The position numbers and the translations under genes are program-made. Below are positions 20,686 through 30,774 of a stretch of DNA of 64,000 nucleotides, piece by piece. How positions within the stretch are numbered: the stretch's first letter is position 1; the number at the start of each line of letters is the position of its first letter. The notes beneath the pieces are model-generated. The model had not been told where the DNA came from, searched no databases, and worked only from the letters and a program-made list of their open reading frames with translations. The DNA is from an uncultured delta proteobacterium (lineage in GTDB: Bacteria; Desulfobacterota; Desulfobacteria; Desulfobacterales; QNYZ01), in assembly GCA_963845145.1 (NCBI GenBank), contig CAWJQU010000005.1:1120001-1184000 (forward strand), written 5' to 3'.

Positions 20686-22143
20686 ATGACCTTAACCAGG
20701 GAAGCGATTGTCGACCATCTCAAAAATATAGTAGGTCCGCAACGAGTGATTACCGAAGAGCAGGTGTTGAAGGAATACAGCCACGACCGGTATAAAAAAT
20801 TTGAGACAATTTTCGGTGTTTATACCACCCCGATCCCTGCAGCTGTGGTGAAACTCGCAGACACACAGCAGGTCTCCGATGTATTAAAATTCCTAAACGA
20901 AAATAAGATCAATTGCGTTGCCCGTACCGGCGGAACCGCCACAGAGGGGGGGCTGGAAACCATTGTTGAAAATTCAGTGGTTCTGGATGGTTCGCCAATG
21001 AATCAAATCATAACGATTGATCCCACCAATATGCTGGCAACCGCCCAGTGCGGCGTGAATCTGGGCGAATTGGAAGACCGTCTGCGCGATCAGGGGTATA
21101 CCACCGGACACTCCCCCCAATCCAAGCCTTTGGCCCATATGGGAGGACTGGTGGCAACCCGCAGCATTGGTCAGTTCTCCACCCTTTATGGCGCCATTGA
21201 AGATATGGTAGTCGGTCTGGAAGCCGTGTTCCCCAATGGTGAGATCACCCGGATAAAAAATGTTCCCCGTCGAGCATGCGGCCCGGACATCCGTCATGTG
21301 ATTATCGGCAACGAAGGCGCTTTGTGCTATATCACCGAAGTGACGGTCAAAATTTTTAGATATTACCCGGAAAACAATCAGTTTCTTGCCTGGGCAGTGG
21401 ACCACATGAAAACCGGGTTCGAGATCCTGCGGGAAGTCATGGTGGCCGGGTATCGACCTTCCGTTGCGCGTCTCTATGATGCGGAAGATGGCGTTCAGCA
21501 CAGTTTCGACCAGTTTGCTGCGGAAAAATGCGTCCTGATGTTCATGGCGGAAGGTAATCAACGCATGGCCAGGGCCACAGCCGAAGGTATTGACGAGATT
21601 GTTGGTAAATATAACGAGTGCCGGAAAATCGACAGTAAAATTATTGAAAACTGGTTTAATCATCTAAACTGGGGACCGGAAAAAATTGCTGAGGAGCGTG
21701 AACTCATCCGCAGAAATCATCATATCGGCTTTACCACCGAAGTTTCCGGTAACTGGGATTGTATCAACACCATCTACGAAAATGCCCTCAAACGGATACG
21801 CACGGAATATCCCCATTTCGACGATTTGACCATGTTAGGTGGTCACTCCTCCCACAGTTATCAGACCGGAACTAATCTATACTTTGTGTACGACTACGAT
21901 GTGGTCGACTGCAAACCGGAGGAAGAGATCAATAAGTATCATATTCCACTCAACACCTTGATTGTGGAGGAAACCCTCAAAGCCGGAGGTTCGATGGTGC
22001 ACCATCACGGTATCGGTAAATACCGAACCCTTTGGACAAAGACAGAACATGGTTCGGCGTATTACATTTTGAAAGGTTTAAAAGCGCAGTTTGATCCCAA
22101 TGGGATCATGAACACTGGAACCATCTACCCGCTAGAAAAATGA
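20686..22143 (+). CDS. FAD-linked oxidoreductase, YgcU/alkyl-DHAP-synthase-like
   Basis: 'GHSPQSKPLAHMGGLVATRSIGQFSTLYGAIED', 'HSSHSY', 'HHHGIGK'. Confidence 0.85.
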   Translation: MTLTREAIVDHLKNIVGPQRVITEEQVLKEYSHDRYKKFETIFGVYTTPIPAAVVKLADTQQVSDVLKFLNENKINCVARTGGTATEGGLETIVENSVVLDGSPMNQIITIDPTNMLATAQCGVNLGELEDRLRDQGYTTGHSPQSKPLAHMGGLVATRSIGQFSTLYGAIEDMVVGLEAVFPNGEITRIKNVPRRACGPDIRHVIIGNEGALCYITEVTVKIFRYYPENNQFLAWAVDHMKTGFEILREVMVAGYRPSVARLYDAEDGVQHSFDQFAAEKCVLMFMAEGNQRMARATAEGIDEIVGKYNECRKIDSKIIENWFNHLNWGPEKIAEERELIRRNHHIGFTTEVSGNWDCINTIYENALKRIRTEYPHFDDLTMLGGHSSHSYQTGTNLYFVYDYDVVDCKPEEEINKYHIPLNTLIVEETLKAGGSMVHHHGIGKYRTLWTKTEHGSAYYILKGLKAQFDPNGIMNTGTIYPLEK

Positions 22144-22964
22144 AAATTGCGGTCTGTTTTAAAATCATGGCCGATTACAGCCGGCTAAGTGAGAGGGATT
22201 GGACATGGAACGAGGGTCACTTTGTCGACACCCGTTTTGTCCGATGCATTTTCAATTGTTTTGATGAAAGTGCCTTGGAAATGGCACTAACGCTCTTCCA
22301 AACATGGGAAAATACATCTGCGCCGCCGGAACTCACCGCGTTAACCGTGGACGATGCCCGAGGCGATCTTTTTCTCAGGCACCTGACGGCCGTCGGGTAC
22401 CACCATGCTGTTCGAATTCGGTGCAGCAACCCAATTGACCTGAGATTTAATCCGTTGGCCATTTCCCGTTTAATTTCAACCTACATCAAGCGGGAGGGCC
22501 ATCAACTGGTGATTCTGGGCATGCAGGGGGCAGATGGTGATAATGGCCAGACCGGATTTATGCTTGCTGAACGGCTGGGATGGCCCTGCATTAGAGAGGT
22601 AACCGAGATAGGGAAAGACGGACCTTCCGACTGCCTTAAAGTTACCAGTCGCACCCAGGGGGCAACGGTGATCCAAACCGTTAGACTCCCCATGGTACTA
22701 ACCATGGGCCACTCCCCGTTTTCTCCCTATCTGCGCGTCCCTACCTTGAAACAAAAATTAAATGCCAAAAAAAAACCATTGACCCTTGTGTCAGACACCC
22801 AGCTGGGCCTTAATATGGATGCCTTGATGGACAAAGGTAAAGAAATTGTCCATCTGCAGCGGCCCCAGTCAAAACGGTCTTGTGTTTTTCTAGATGGTAA
22901 AACGCCCCGGGAACAGGCCCAACGCCTTTTTGAACGATACCTTAAAGAGCGGTTACCGATATGA
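22140..22964 (+). CDS. Electron transfer flavoprotein beta subunit (YgcR/FixA-like)
   Basis: 'NCFDESALEMAL', 'GMQGADGDNGQTG..LAERLGWP'. ATGA overlap with neighbours. Confidence 0.85.
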   Translation: MKIAVCFKIMADYSRLSERDWTWNEGHFVDTRFVRCIFNCFDESALEMALTLFQTWENTSAPPELTALTVDDARGDLFLRHLTAVGYHHAVRIRCSNPIDLRFNPLAISRLISTYIKREGHQLVILGMQGADGDNGQTGFMLAERLGWPCIREVTEIGKDGPSDCLKVTSRTQGATVIQTVRLPMVLTMGHSPFSPYLRVPTLKQKLNAKKKPLTLVSDTQLGLNMDALMDKGKEIVHLQRPQSKRSCVFLDGKTPREQAQRLFERYLKERLPI

Positions 22965-23971
22965 AAGCGGCACTAGTGCTGGCGGCCGACGGTTTCTCGT
23001 TACTACAGCAGGCGGGTGAAATTAACGCCATGCTGAGCACCATGCAGATGAGCTTTTCCCAGTTGGAACTGTGGTTGTTTTACCAAGGCCGCCCTCCCGA
23101 CAGTTTCCCTGAAATGGACCCCGCATTGTCCGCCATCAAACGGATAGCGATGGCAACCGACAACCATCTGCCCGAGGCTTATCTGCAATTATTGATGCAG
23201 TTATGGGAAAAGTCTCCGATGGATCTGCTGGTGTTTGCAAGTGATGGATTAGGGGCGGAACTGGCAACCCGTCTGGGATATCGACTCCATGGCACTTCCT
23301 GCCTAAAGGTCGAAGCGTGCCGTTTTACTTCAGGTCTGCTTGAAGTCATAAAACCGGTATATGGAAACAACCTGACGGCCCGGTTTTCTTTGTCATCGCC
23401 CCCCTATTTCTTGTCGGTGGCGAAAAGATCCTGCCCTCCGGCAGCGGTGACCCGCTATGATCAAGTGGAAATGGAAACCGTCACCTTGATTCAGCCCCAA
23501 TACAACTGGGTGATAAAGACGCTGGCCCTTCCGAATCCCCCGGATACCGGACTGGCTCATGCGGATCGGGTCCTCGTGGTGGGCCAGGGGGTCAACAATA
23601 AAGAAACCATGGATGCTTTACGGGACGTCGCAACCACCATGGGCGCCGAAATGGGTGCCAGTCGTCCGGTGGTGATGAATGCCTTGGCCGATATGAACCG
23701 ATTGATTGGTGCATCAGGGTTGATCATTTCGCCCAAGCTCTGTATTGCGGCGGGGGTTACCGGTACAGCCGTTTTCAGTGTGGGGATTAAAAACAGTGAA
23801 TTTATCGTGGCGATCAACACTGACCGACAAGCGCCGATTTTTCATGTGGCCCATGTGGGTCTTGTGGGAGATCTGGAGGGGATCCTCTCTGAACTGGCCA
23901 AGGTGATCACAGCGGAAAAAGCAAAAAAAATGCAAGCCGATGTATCTGCGCCGACACTAGAAAAATCATGA
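22961..23971 (+). CDS. Electron transfer flavoprotein alpha subunit (YgcQ/FixB-like)
   Basis: 'GASRPVV', 'IGASG', 'VAINTDRQAPIF'. Confidence 0.85.
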   Translation: MKAALVLAADGFSLLQQAGEINAMLSTMQMSFSQLELWLFYQGRPPDSFPEMDPALSAIKRIAMATDNHLPEAYLQLLMQLWEKSPMDLLVFASDGLGAELATRLGYRLHGTSCLKVEACRFTSGLLEVIKPVYGNNLTARFSLSSPPYFLSVAKRSCPPAAVTRYDQVEMETVTLIQPQYNWVIKTLALPNPPDTGLAHADRVLVVGQGVNNKETMDALRDVATTMGAEMGASRPVVMNALADMNRLIGASGLIISPKLCIAAGVTGTAVFSVGIKNSEFIVAINTDRQAPIFHVAHVGLVGDLEGILSELAKVITAEKAKKMQADVSAPTLEKS

Positions 23972-25530
23972 AACCGAAGACGCCAGGCAGTTTAATACAG
24001 CCATTGGAAGACCGGCACCGCGACTATTTAAAAGATGAGTCCCGAACCTCGGGAAAGGCAAGGAGTATCTCTTTTCCGCAAAATGAAGCCGATGTTCAGG
24101 CCATCGTCAAAATCCTGCTGGCGAATAAAACCGCCATCACGGTTCAAGGTAGTCGAACCGGAATGACCGGTGGCGCCATTCCCACCGGGGGTCACATTCT
24201 GAATCTGTCAAAAATGAACCGGGTAATCGGCCTGGTACAGGATCCAAATGGCAATTTCTCCGTACGGGTTCAACCGGGGGTCAGTCTAGCGGAACTTGAT
24301 CGACAGCTTTTGAGTGGTCTTTTTGTCAGTGATCGCTGGGATAAAAGCGCCCTAATCGCACTTGGAGCCTTAAACCAAACAGATAGACAGTTTTGGCCGC
24401 CGGACCCATCCGAATGGTCGGCATCCATCGGTGGTATTGCCGCCAACAACAGCCGGGGCATTTGTGCCCACCACTATGGGTCAACACGTGACCATATCAA
24501 ACGTATTCGCGTGGTTGATACGCATGGCCAAATTCATTCAATATCACGCGGTCGATTTGTTTTTTCTCAAGGTGTCTGTCCAATGCCGGGAGGCGACACC
24601 ATTCGGATGGACCCGGCAACCCTTCGGGCTGATTCACCAAAAGACCTAATGGATTTGTACGTTGGCAGCGAAGGCATGTTCGGCGTAATAACCGAGCTGA
24701 CATTGGGCCTGCAACCACTTCCCTGTGAGCGATGGGGTATCGTCTTTTTTTTCGAAGCCCAGCACCAGGCCGTAGATTTTATTCAAGCGATTGATCGAAG
24801 ACCAAAAAAAGAAACGGGTCCCGACATCGTGGCCATTGTGTTTATGGATCAAACCACACTTGTGTGTATCCAGAAATCTAAACAATGGAACAGCCGGTTG
24901 AGGAGATTACCAAATTTAGATACACGGTTCGCATCGGGAGTGTATGTGGAAATCCACGGTAACAGCACTGAAGCCGTTGAGGCACTATCCGAGTGGCTAT
25001 TGGAAACAGCCGAGTGTGGCGATGACACGGACGCCACCTGGGCCTTTTGCGGCGATATCGAACTTGAGCGGCTGCGCCTCTTTCACTCCGCCGCACCGGA
25101 AGCAGTCAATCAATTAATCGACAAGGCAAGGCGGGTAGATTCTCGAATCACCAAACTTGGGATGGACCTTCGGTTTCAAGACGGTTGCCTGTCCGAAGTA
25201 CTCGATATGGTCCGCCAGGATCTAAACGCCGATGGACTCAAAGCCGCTGTTTTCGGTCATGCCGCTGACGGGCATCTTCAAGTCAATATACTGCCACAAA
25301 ATTATCAACAATTTGAGAACGGAAGATCACGTATAGAAAATTGGGCCGTAAGAATTAATACCCATGGTGGTAGTGTCGTTACTGAACATGGGGTTGGGAA
25401 AATCAATAAAGATCTATTTCGATCCATTCCTCTGCCCGCGCGCTTGAAAGTGATTTGCAGCCTAAAACAACAACTCGATCCGGATGGGTTATGGAATCCC
25501 GGCAATATACTGGATTCGTATGGACCATAA
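23968..25530 (+). CDS. FAD-binding oxidoreductase (GlcD/D-lactate dehydrogenase-like)
   Basis: 'PPDP...SIGGIAANNS', 'GSEGMFGVIT', 'FGHAADGHL', 'EHGVGK', 'DPDGLWNPG'. Confidence 0.85.
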   Translation: MKPKTPGSLIQPLEDRHRDYLKDESRTSGKARSISFPQNEADVQAIVKILLANKTAITVQGSRTGMTGGAIPTGGHILNLSKMNRVIGLVQDPNGNFSVRVQPGVSLAELDRQLLSGLFVSDRWDKSALIALGALNQTDRQFWPPDPSEWSASIGGIAANNSRGICAHHYGSTRDHIKRIRVVDTHGQIHSISRGRFVFSQGVCPMPGGDTIRMDPATLRADSPKDLMDLYVGSEGMFGVITELTLGLQPLPCERWGIVFFFEAQHQAVDFIQAIDRRPKKETGPDIVAIVFMDQTTLVCIQKSKQWNSRLRRLPNLDTRFASGVYVEIHGNSTEAVEALSEWLLETAECGDDTDATWAFCGDIELERLRLFHSAAPEAVNQLIDKARRVDSRITKLGMDLRFQDGCLSEVLDMVRQDLNADGLKAAVFGHAADGHLQVNILPQNYQQFENGRSRIENWAVRINTHGGSVVTEHGVGKINKDLFRSIPLPARLKVICSLKQQLDPDGLWNPGNILDSYGP

Positions 25531-25560
25531 ACAAACCATAACTAACCATGGACACCAAGC

Positions 25561-27012
25561 ATGAGAGAAAAATATCTAATGGGGGTGGATGTCGGTACCC
25601 AAAGCGCCAAAGTGATCATAACAGACTTAAATGGCCATATCGTTTGTGAGGGTAGGCAGCGATTACGTAAAATGGATATTCCGGCACCGCAACTGGCAGA
25701 ACATCCCGATGACGACCTGTGGGATGCGCTTAAAATGTCCTTTCGTCGCCTGATAACAAGATTTAATGATGATATAGGTGGAAATGTACATGATATTCTA
25801 GCCATGGGGATTTGTATCATTCGTTGCTGTCGCGTACTGCTTAAAGGCAACGGCGAACCAGCCTATCCGGTGATTGGCTGGATGGATAAACGTCTCAATA
25901 TGCCCTACGCGTATCAAGAAGCCTATGGCGATGTGAGATATGTAACAACAACCTCCGGCTACATTACGCATCGCTTGACAGGCGAGTTTAAAGATACCTG
26001 TGCCAACTATATCGGCTGGTGGCCGATGGATGACGACACCTTGGATTGGAGCCTCAACGAGGAACGCATCAAACAGTGCAACGTGCCTCGAGATATGCTT
26101 TTTGATGTGGTTAAACCGGGTGAAATTTTGGGTTATTTGACCGATGCAGCGGCCAAGACCATCGGTCTGCCGGCAGGGATGCCGGTGGTTGCCACGGCTC
26201 ATGACAAGGCGGTGGAAGCATTAGGTGCCGGCACCCTAACGTCAGGTACCGGCCTTATTTCTTTGGGGACGTATATCGGCGCTTTGGTGCCTGGCCGTGA
26301 AAACATGAAAGATCCAAAAAACTTCTGGTCATTTCAAGCATCTGTTCCGGGGCGTTACTTGTATGAATGCATGGGCGTTCGCCGTGGTATGTGGACCGTC
26401 AGCTGGTTTTGCGACCAGTTTGGTGAAAGCATCATCGATGAAGCCAAAAACCAGGCCGTAACGATTGAAGAATTGTTCAACCGGGAAGCAGAAAAAGTTC
26501 CGCCCGGTTGCGAAGGACTAATAACGGTTCATGACTGGGCCCCCCCTCCTGCAGCGGTATATCGAAAAGGCGTGATGTTTGGTTTTGACGGGCGCCATAC
26601 CCGGGCTCATCTATATCGATCCATTTTGGAAGGCATCGCGTTTACGGTGAAAAACCATATGGATAAAATGAATCAAGAGCTGGGCACACCTTTGAATTAC
26701 TTAATCATTTCAGGTGGCGGGGCCCATAGCGATGTATTCATGCAGATCTTTGCCGACATATTTGGTGTTTCTACCCGCCGAAATAAAATCAGAGGTTCGG
26801 CAGCCATCGGTTGTATCATCAATGCGGGCATGGCTGTCGGCGCTTTCACTTCCTATGAAGAAGCGGTGGCAAAAATGGTTCGAATAGATGACGAATTTCA
26901 CCCCAACCTGGAAAACACCCGGTTTTATAAACGGCTCAATGACAAAGTGTACCGCCATGTCAACCGACACTTCGACCCGATTTTGAAGACCCTTAGTGCA
27001 TTGGTAGACTGA
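25561..27012 (+). CDS. FGGY-family carbohydrate kinase (YgcE-like)
   Basis: 'GVDVGTQSAK', 'WMDKR', 'HDKAVEALGAG', 'SGGGA'. Confidence 0.9.
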   Translation: MREKYLMGVDVGTQSAKVIITDLNGHIVCEGRQRLRKMDIPAPQLAEHPDDDLWDALKMSFRRLITRFNDDIGGNVHDILAMGICIIRCCRVLLKGNGEPAYPVIGWMDKRLNMPYAYQEAYGDVRYVTTTSGYITHRLTGEFKDTCANYIGWWPMDDDTLDWSLNEERIKQCNVPRDMLFDVVKPGEILGYLTDAAAKTIGLPAGMPVVATAHDKAVEALGAGTLTSGTGLISLGTYIGALVPGRENMKDPKNFWSFQASVPGRYLYECMGVRRGMWTVSWFCDQFGESIIDEAKNQAVTIEELFNREAEKVPPGCEGLITVHDWAPPPAAVYRKGVMFGFDGRHTRAHLYRSILEGIAFTVKNHMDKMNQELGTPLNYLIISGGGAHSDVFMQIFADIFGVSTRRNKIRGSAAIGCIINAGMAVGAFTSYEEAVAKMVRIDDEFHPNLENTRFYKRLNDKVYRHVNRHFDPILKTLSALVD

Positions 27013-27125
27013 TAATTCCGAGGTTGCCGTAAGAGACGATAAGGTTTAAGCACATGACTGGCTTGACCGAAAAAGCGCTGAATTAAATATATAGGTGCGC
27101 TTCAATGGAAGTTTTAAGGGATGTG

Positions 27126-27254
27126 GATGTTGTCGAAGCGGTCGGACCGGCCGGCAGGTAATTTCTTGATGCATGAGCATATCCTGGCCAACTGCCGCAC
27201 CGCAGCAAGGCTTCCCCTCATCGGCAGCCGGGGCGTTTTAGGCAATCAAACAGG
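27126..27254 (+). pseudogene. Remnant of an mttB-family 3' region (imperfect direct repeat of 19403-19527)
   Basis: 27135-27251 aligns to 19412-19524 with mostly synonymous changes and a 4-nt insertion. Confidence 0.85.
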
Positions 27255-27272
27255 AAGATTAACTATCAGTTA

Positions 27273-28505
27273 CTAATCGACAAAGATCTTTCCGATATTG
27301 GCCGTCGTCAGGGGATCGTCCATATACATCCCCAGGCCGATGCGCTGAATGGATTCCATGCTGCGCTCATCATAGGTTGGCATCTTGATATCAGGCGCGT
27401 CATCCGAAGTGACCGATTCCGCTATCTTGATGGCTGCTTCAAGCTTAAAAAAAGAAAAATCAACCAGATGTCGCAGGAACCCAAACGGGTGGCGCATCAT
27501 ATGAAAGCCATATTTTAAGGCCATGGCCTGTCCGATGCGGGCATCATCCATGGCGCGCTGGGAGGGGTGTTCCTCGTTGGTAGTAGCAATACTCTGAAAG
27601 GTGGGAATATCGAGAATTAAATTTAAATGGGTCTGAAGGATGTTTAGCAAAAAATGGCTTCTTAAACCGTAATTGGGATTGTAGTCAAAGCGTGGATCGG
27701 CAATGGTCGGAAAGCCGGCATGGATGACGGGTGTGCCTGGATTGAGTAATTGGGCAGCACAAATACCGAACAAAGCCTCGGCATGGGTCATGGTGAGGGC
27801 CCCATTGTAACAGTACGGCGCACTGATCCCCGCCATGGGCATGGCGGATATAAAAACGGGCAACCCGCAGTTTACGACCTTTACGAAATCATTCGAGAAA
27901 TTTTCGTTCACCTGCAGAATCGGCCGTGTCAGGCAAAACAAAATGATGATATTTCCACGCTCGGCGTGAAGTTGTTTGGCGCGGGCCAACGCGGCATCGG
28001 AAGTAACCGGGAAGTATAACGGTTTGGAACAGTTGGCGGCTATGAGGTTCATCTGTTCGATGTCGTCCTTTATCTTAACCCCTCGCCCCATACCGGTAAC
28101 CGCCGTCGATGCTTCCGCAATTTGCGCAATGCGGACGATATGATCAGGCGTGGGCAGGATGCCGCCTCGGCCTATATTTTCATCATAAACATAAGGTGCC
28201 GTGCCGCCGATAAAAAAACTATTTAAAGGAACAAAAAATTCGCCTACACCGGGTACTGTCGCCAGGCACTCCCTGACCAGTTCGGAGGTTAAATAGATCC
28301 GGTTTTCAAAAACGATGGCCTTTCCATCGGCCTCGTGATTTCGAAATGCCGCTTGCATATCAGGCTGTTGACAGCCAACCCCCAGGTTCTCCAGGACCCA
28401 CAAGCTATCATCGTGAACCTGCAAAAGCAGATCGACGGTATCTCTTCCCAACAGGGCGGTTGAAGTCTGTAATTGGGGAGTTTTGACGTTCATGTGTTTT
28501 GCCAT
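27273..28505 (-). CDS. Short, divergent MttB-family methyltransferase (410 aa), non-pyrrolysine
   Basis: 'VHDDSLWVLENLGV', 'GGTAPYVYD', 'MPMAGISAP', 'HAEALFG...QLLNPG'. Confidence 0.75.
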   Translation of the reverse strand: MAKHMNVKTPQLQTSTALLGRDTVDLLLQVHDDSLWVLENLGVGCQQPDMQAAFRNHEADGKAIVFENRIYLTSELVRECLATVPGVGEFFVPLNSFFIGGTAPYVYDENIGRGGILPTPDHIVRIAQIAEASTAVTGMGRGVKIKDDIEQMNLIAANCSKPLYFPVTSDAALARAKQLHAERGNIIILFCLTRPILQVNENFSNDFVKVVNCGLPVFISAMPMAGISAPYCYNGALTMTHAEALFGICAAQLLNPGTPVIHAGFPTIADPRFDYNPNYGLRSHFLLNILQTHLNLILDIPTFQSIATTNEEHPSQRAMDDARIGQAMALKYGFHMMRHPFGFLRHLVDFSFFKLEAAIKIAESVTSDDAPDIKMPTYDERSMESIQRIGLGMYMDDPLTTANIGKIFVD

Positions 28506-28649
28506 AGCCTTTGCCGTAATCGGTTAGGTTCAAGAACTGGTTTGATTCAAATGCAGGCCCAAAGGTGGAGAGAAGTCTTAGCGGGTTCCATCATGTGCCC
28601 TCGAACCCCTTGGCCCCATAACCCCTTGTAATACTCGCAACCCTTGTGC

Positions 28650-30758
28650 CTAATGTTCCCTAGCATGGAGACGTTCCGCTTCATCCGGTACATGGATCAC
28701 TGGCGCGATCTTTTTTAAGTAGTCTAAGGGGATATGGCATTTGATAACATGTCGATCGGCCACTTCCTGATCGGGGGGCATTTCGTTGTCACAAATTTCG
28801 CCGATCCTGCGGTGGCAGCGGGTGCAAAAGGGGCAACCCTTGGGTGGTTTCATGGCGCTGGGCAGGTTGCCCTCCAGCACGATTTCACGCTTGGTCACTT
28901 CGGGATCGGCGATGGGCACGGCGGATAACAGGGCCTCGGTATAGGGATGATAAGGCGGTGCAAAAACCTCATCCGTGGTTCCCCTCTCAAGAATATGCCC
29001 GAGATACATGACGACAATGCGATCCGATAGATAGCGTACCACACTTAGGTCATGACTGATGAAAAGCAACGTGGTTTTATGCTTACGCTGAATTTCCATT
29101 AGCAACTCCGTCACCGCCGCCGCGACAGAGACGTCCAGTGCGGAAACCGGTTCATCGGCAATGACCATGCTCGGGTTTCCGGCAAACGCCCGGGCAATAC
29201 CGACACGTTGCTTCTGCCCTCCCGACAGTTGCCTGGGTTTTCTAAAATAAAAATCTCTTGGTAGTTTGACCGTATCCAGCAGTTTCATTACCCGATCGAA
29301 TATTTTTTTCTTATCCGTTTCCACGCCAAATTTCTTGATCACTCTAGATATCTGGCCACCGATGCTATGGCTCGGATTCAACGTGTCAAACGGATTTTGA
29401 AAGACCATCTGGAGCGAGCTGATCTGTTTGGCACTTCGATCCCTGACTGCTATGTCTGAAATGTCATTGCCTTTGTGACGGACTTCACCCTCGGTGCCTT
29501 GCTCCAAGCCCATCAGTACTTTCGCAAAGGTTGATTTACCACAACCGGATTCACCCACAATCGCTACCGTTTCACCCTCTTTAGCCGTAAAGTTCAACTC
29601 CTCATTCGCTTTTACATAACGCGTTCGTTTCCCGCTGAACAACGCCTTGAGGGAGGTATCACGAACTTCATAGTACTTCTTCATACCATCGACATTGAGA
29701 ACCCGTTTGCCGAGTTCAAGGGGCTCTTTGATTTCAATATCCAGCGTTTCAATGCTAGGATCAATTTCTTTATAACGTAAGCAGCGTACGCGATGGTCGG
29801 GCGCGCTATTTTCAACATGCGCCATTTTGAAATGGTCAACATCACACAGTCCGGGTTTGAAATGGTCACAACGGGGATGGTAGTAACACCCCTTGGGTCT
29901 ATCAAACGGCAACGGCAGCTGACCCCGGATCGGTTTCAGCGGCGCGGCGTTTTTATCTGCCGTCGGCAACGGGATACAGGCAAATAAACCGTGGGTGTAG
30001 GGGTGCTTCGGCCAGGTAAACAGCGAGTCAATCGTGCCTTCTTCAACCACTTCACCGGAATACATGACGAAAACCCGGTCACAGGTTTCTAAAATCAGTC
30101 CAAGATTATGGGAGATATAGATCTGGGAGGTACCATATTTTTTGCTGATATCGGCTACCAGTTTGACGATGCCAGCCTCCACGGTGACATCAAGGGCGGT
30201 GGTTGGCTCATCCAGTAATAGAAGAGACGGATTCGACAATAGCCCCATGGCAATAACCACCCGTTGCTGTTGGCCTCCTGATAACTGGTGAGGGTATGAA
30301 TCCATCATTCGTTTAGGATCAGGCAATTTCACATCCGCCAACAACTGCTCTGCTCTTTGCCGTGCCTCTTCCTGGGATATATTTTCATGCGCCAGCGGCA
30401 CTTCCATCAATTGCGTGCTGATTTTCAGGCTCGGGTTGAGCGAGGCAAACGGTTCCTGATAGATCATGGCAATTTCCGAGCCTCTTATCTGGCGCAGTTC
30501 GGCGTCTGACAATTTGGTTAAATCACGACCTTTGAATGTAATACTGCCGCTTTTGATACCCCCGTTGGCTCCCATGTATTGCATGATCGCCATTGCGACA
30601 GTAGACTTACCGCAGCCAGACTCACCGACAATGCCAATGGTCTCACCGGGTTTTACCGTCAGTGAAAAATCTACCACCGCCGGTATTTCCCCCGCCCGGG
30701 TATAGTAGGAGATACAGAGGTCCTTGCAGACAAGAACAGGTTCTTGATTGTCATTCAT
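28650..30758 (-). CDS. Peptide/nickel ABC transporter, fused double ATP-binding protein (DppD/F-like)
   Basis: Two GESGCGKS Walker A motifs, two LSGGQ signatures, HPYT motifs. Confidence 0.95.
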   Translation of the reverse strand: MNDNQEPVLVCKDLCISYYTRAGEIPAVVDFSLTVKPGETIGIVGESGCGKSTVAMAIMQYMGANGGIKSGSITFKGRDLTKLSDAELRQIRGSEIAMIYQEPFASLNPSLKISTQLMEVPLAHENISQEEARQRAEQLLADVKLPDPKRMMDSYPHQLSGGQQQRVVIAMGLLSNPSLLLLDEPTTALDVTVEAGIVKLVADISKKYGTSQIYISHNLGLILETCDRVFVMYSGEVVEEGTIDSLFTWPKHPYTHGLFACIPLPTADKNAAPLKPIRGQLPLPFDRPKGCYYHPRCDHFKPGLCDVDHFKMAHVENSAPDHRVRCLRYKEIDPSIETLDIEIKEPLELGKRVLNVDGMKKYYEVRDTSLKALFSGKRTRYVKANEELNFTAKEGETVAIVGESGCGKSTFAKVLMGLEQGTEGEVRHKGNDISDIAVRDRSAKQISSLQMVFQNPFDTLNPSHSIGGQISRVIKKFGVETDKKKIFDRVMKLLDTVKLPRDFYFRKPRQLSGGQKQRVGIARAFAGNPSMVIADEPVSALDVSVAAAVTELLMEIQRKHKTTLLFISHDLSVVRYLSDRIVVMYLGHILERGTTDEVFAPPYHPYTEALLSAVPIADPEVTKREIVLEGNLPSAMKPPKGCPFCTRCHRRIGEICDNEMPPDQEVADRHVIKCHIPLDYLKKIAPVIHVPDEAERLHAREH

Positions 30759-30774
30759 AGAATTGGTTCCCTTC

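Noticed and set aside
10315..28505. Pyrrolysine (TAG) read-through in the three MttB-family genes
   Set aside because: All are uninterrupted frames through the Pyl-equivalent region, and their stops fall at plausible C-termini.
28598..28629. Octamer-like repeats ccctcgaa/ccccttgg/ccccataa/ccccttgt
   Set aside because: Too short and degenerate to support a call.
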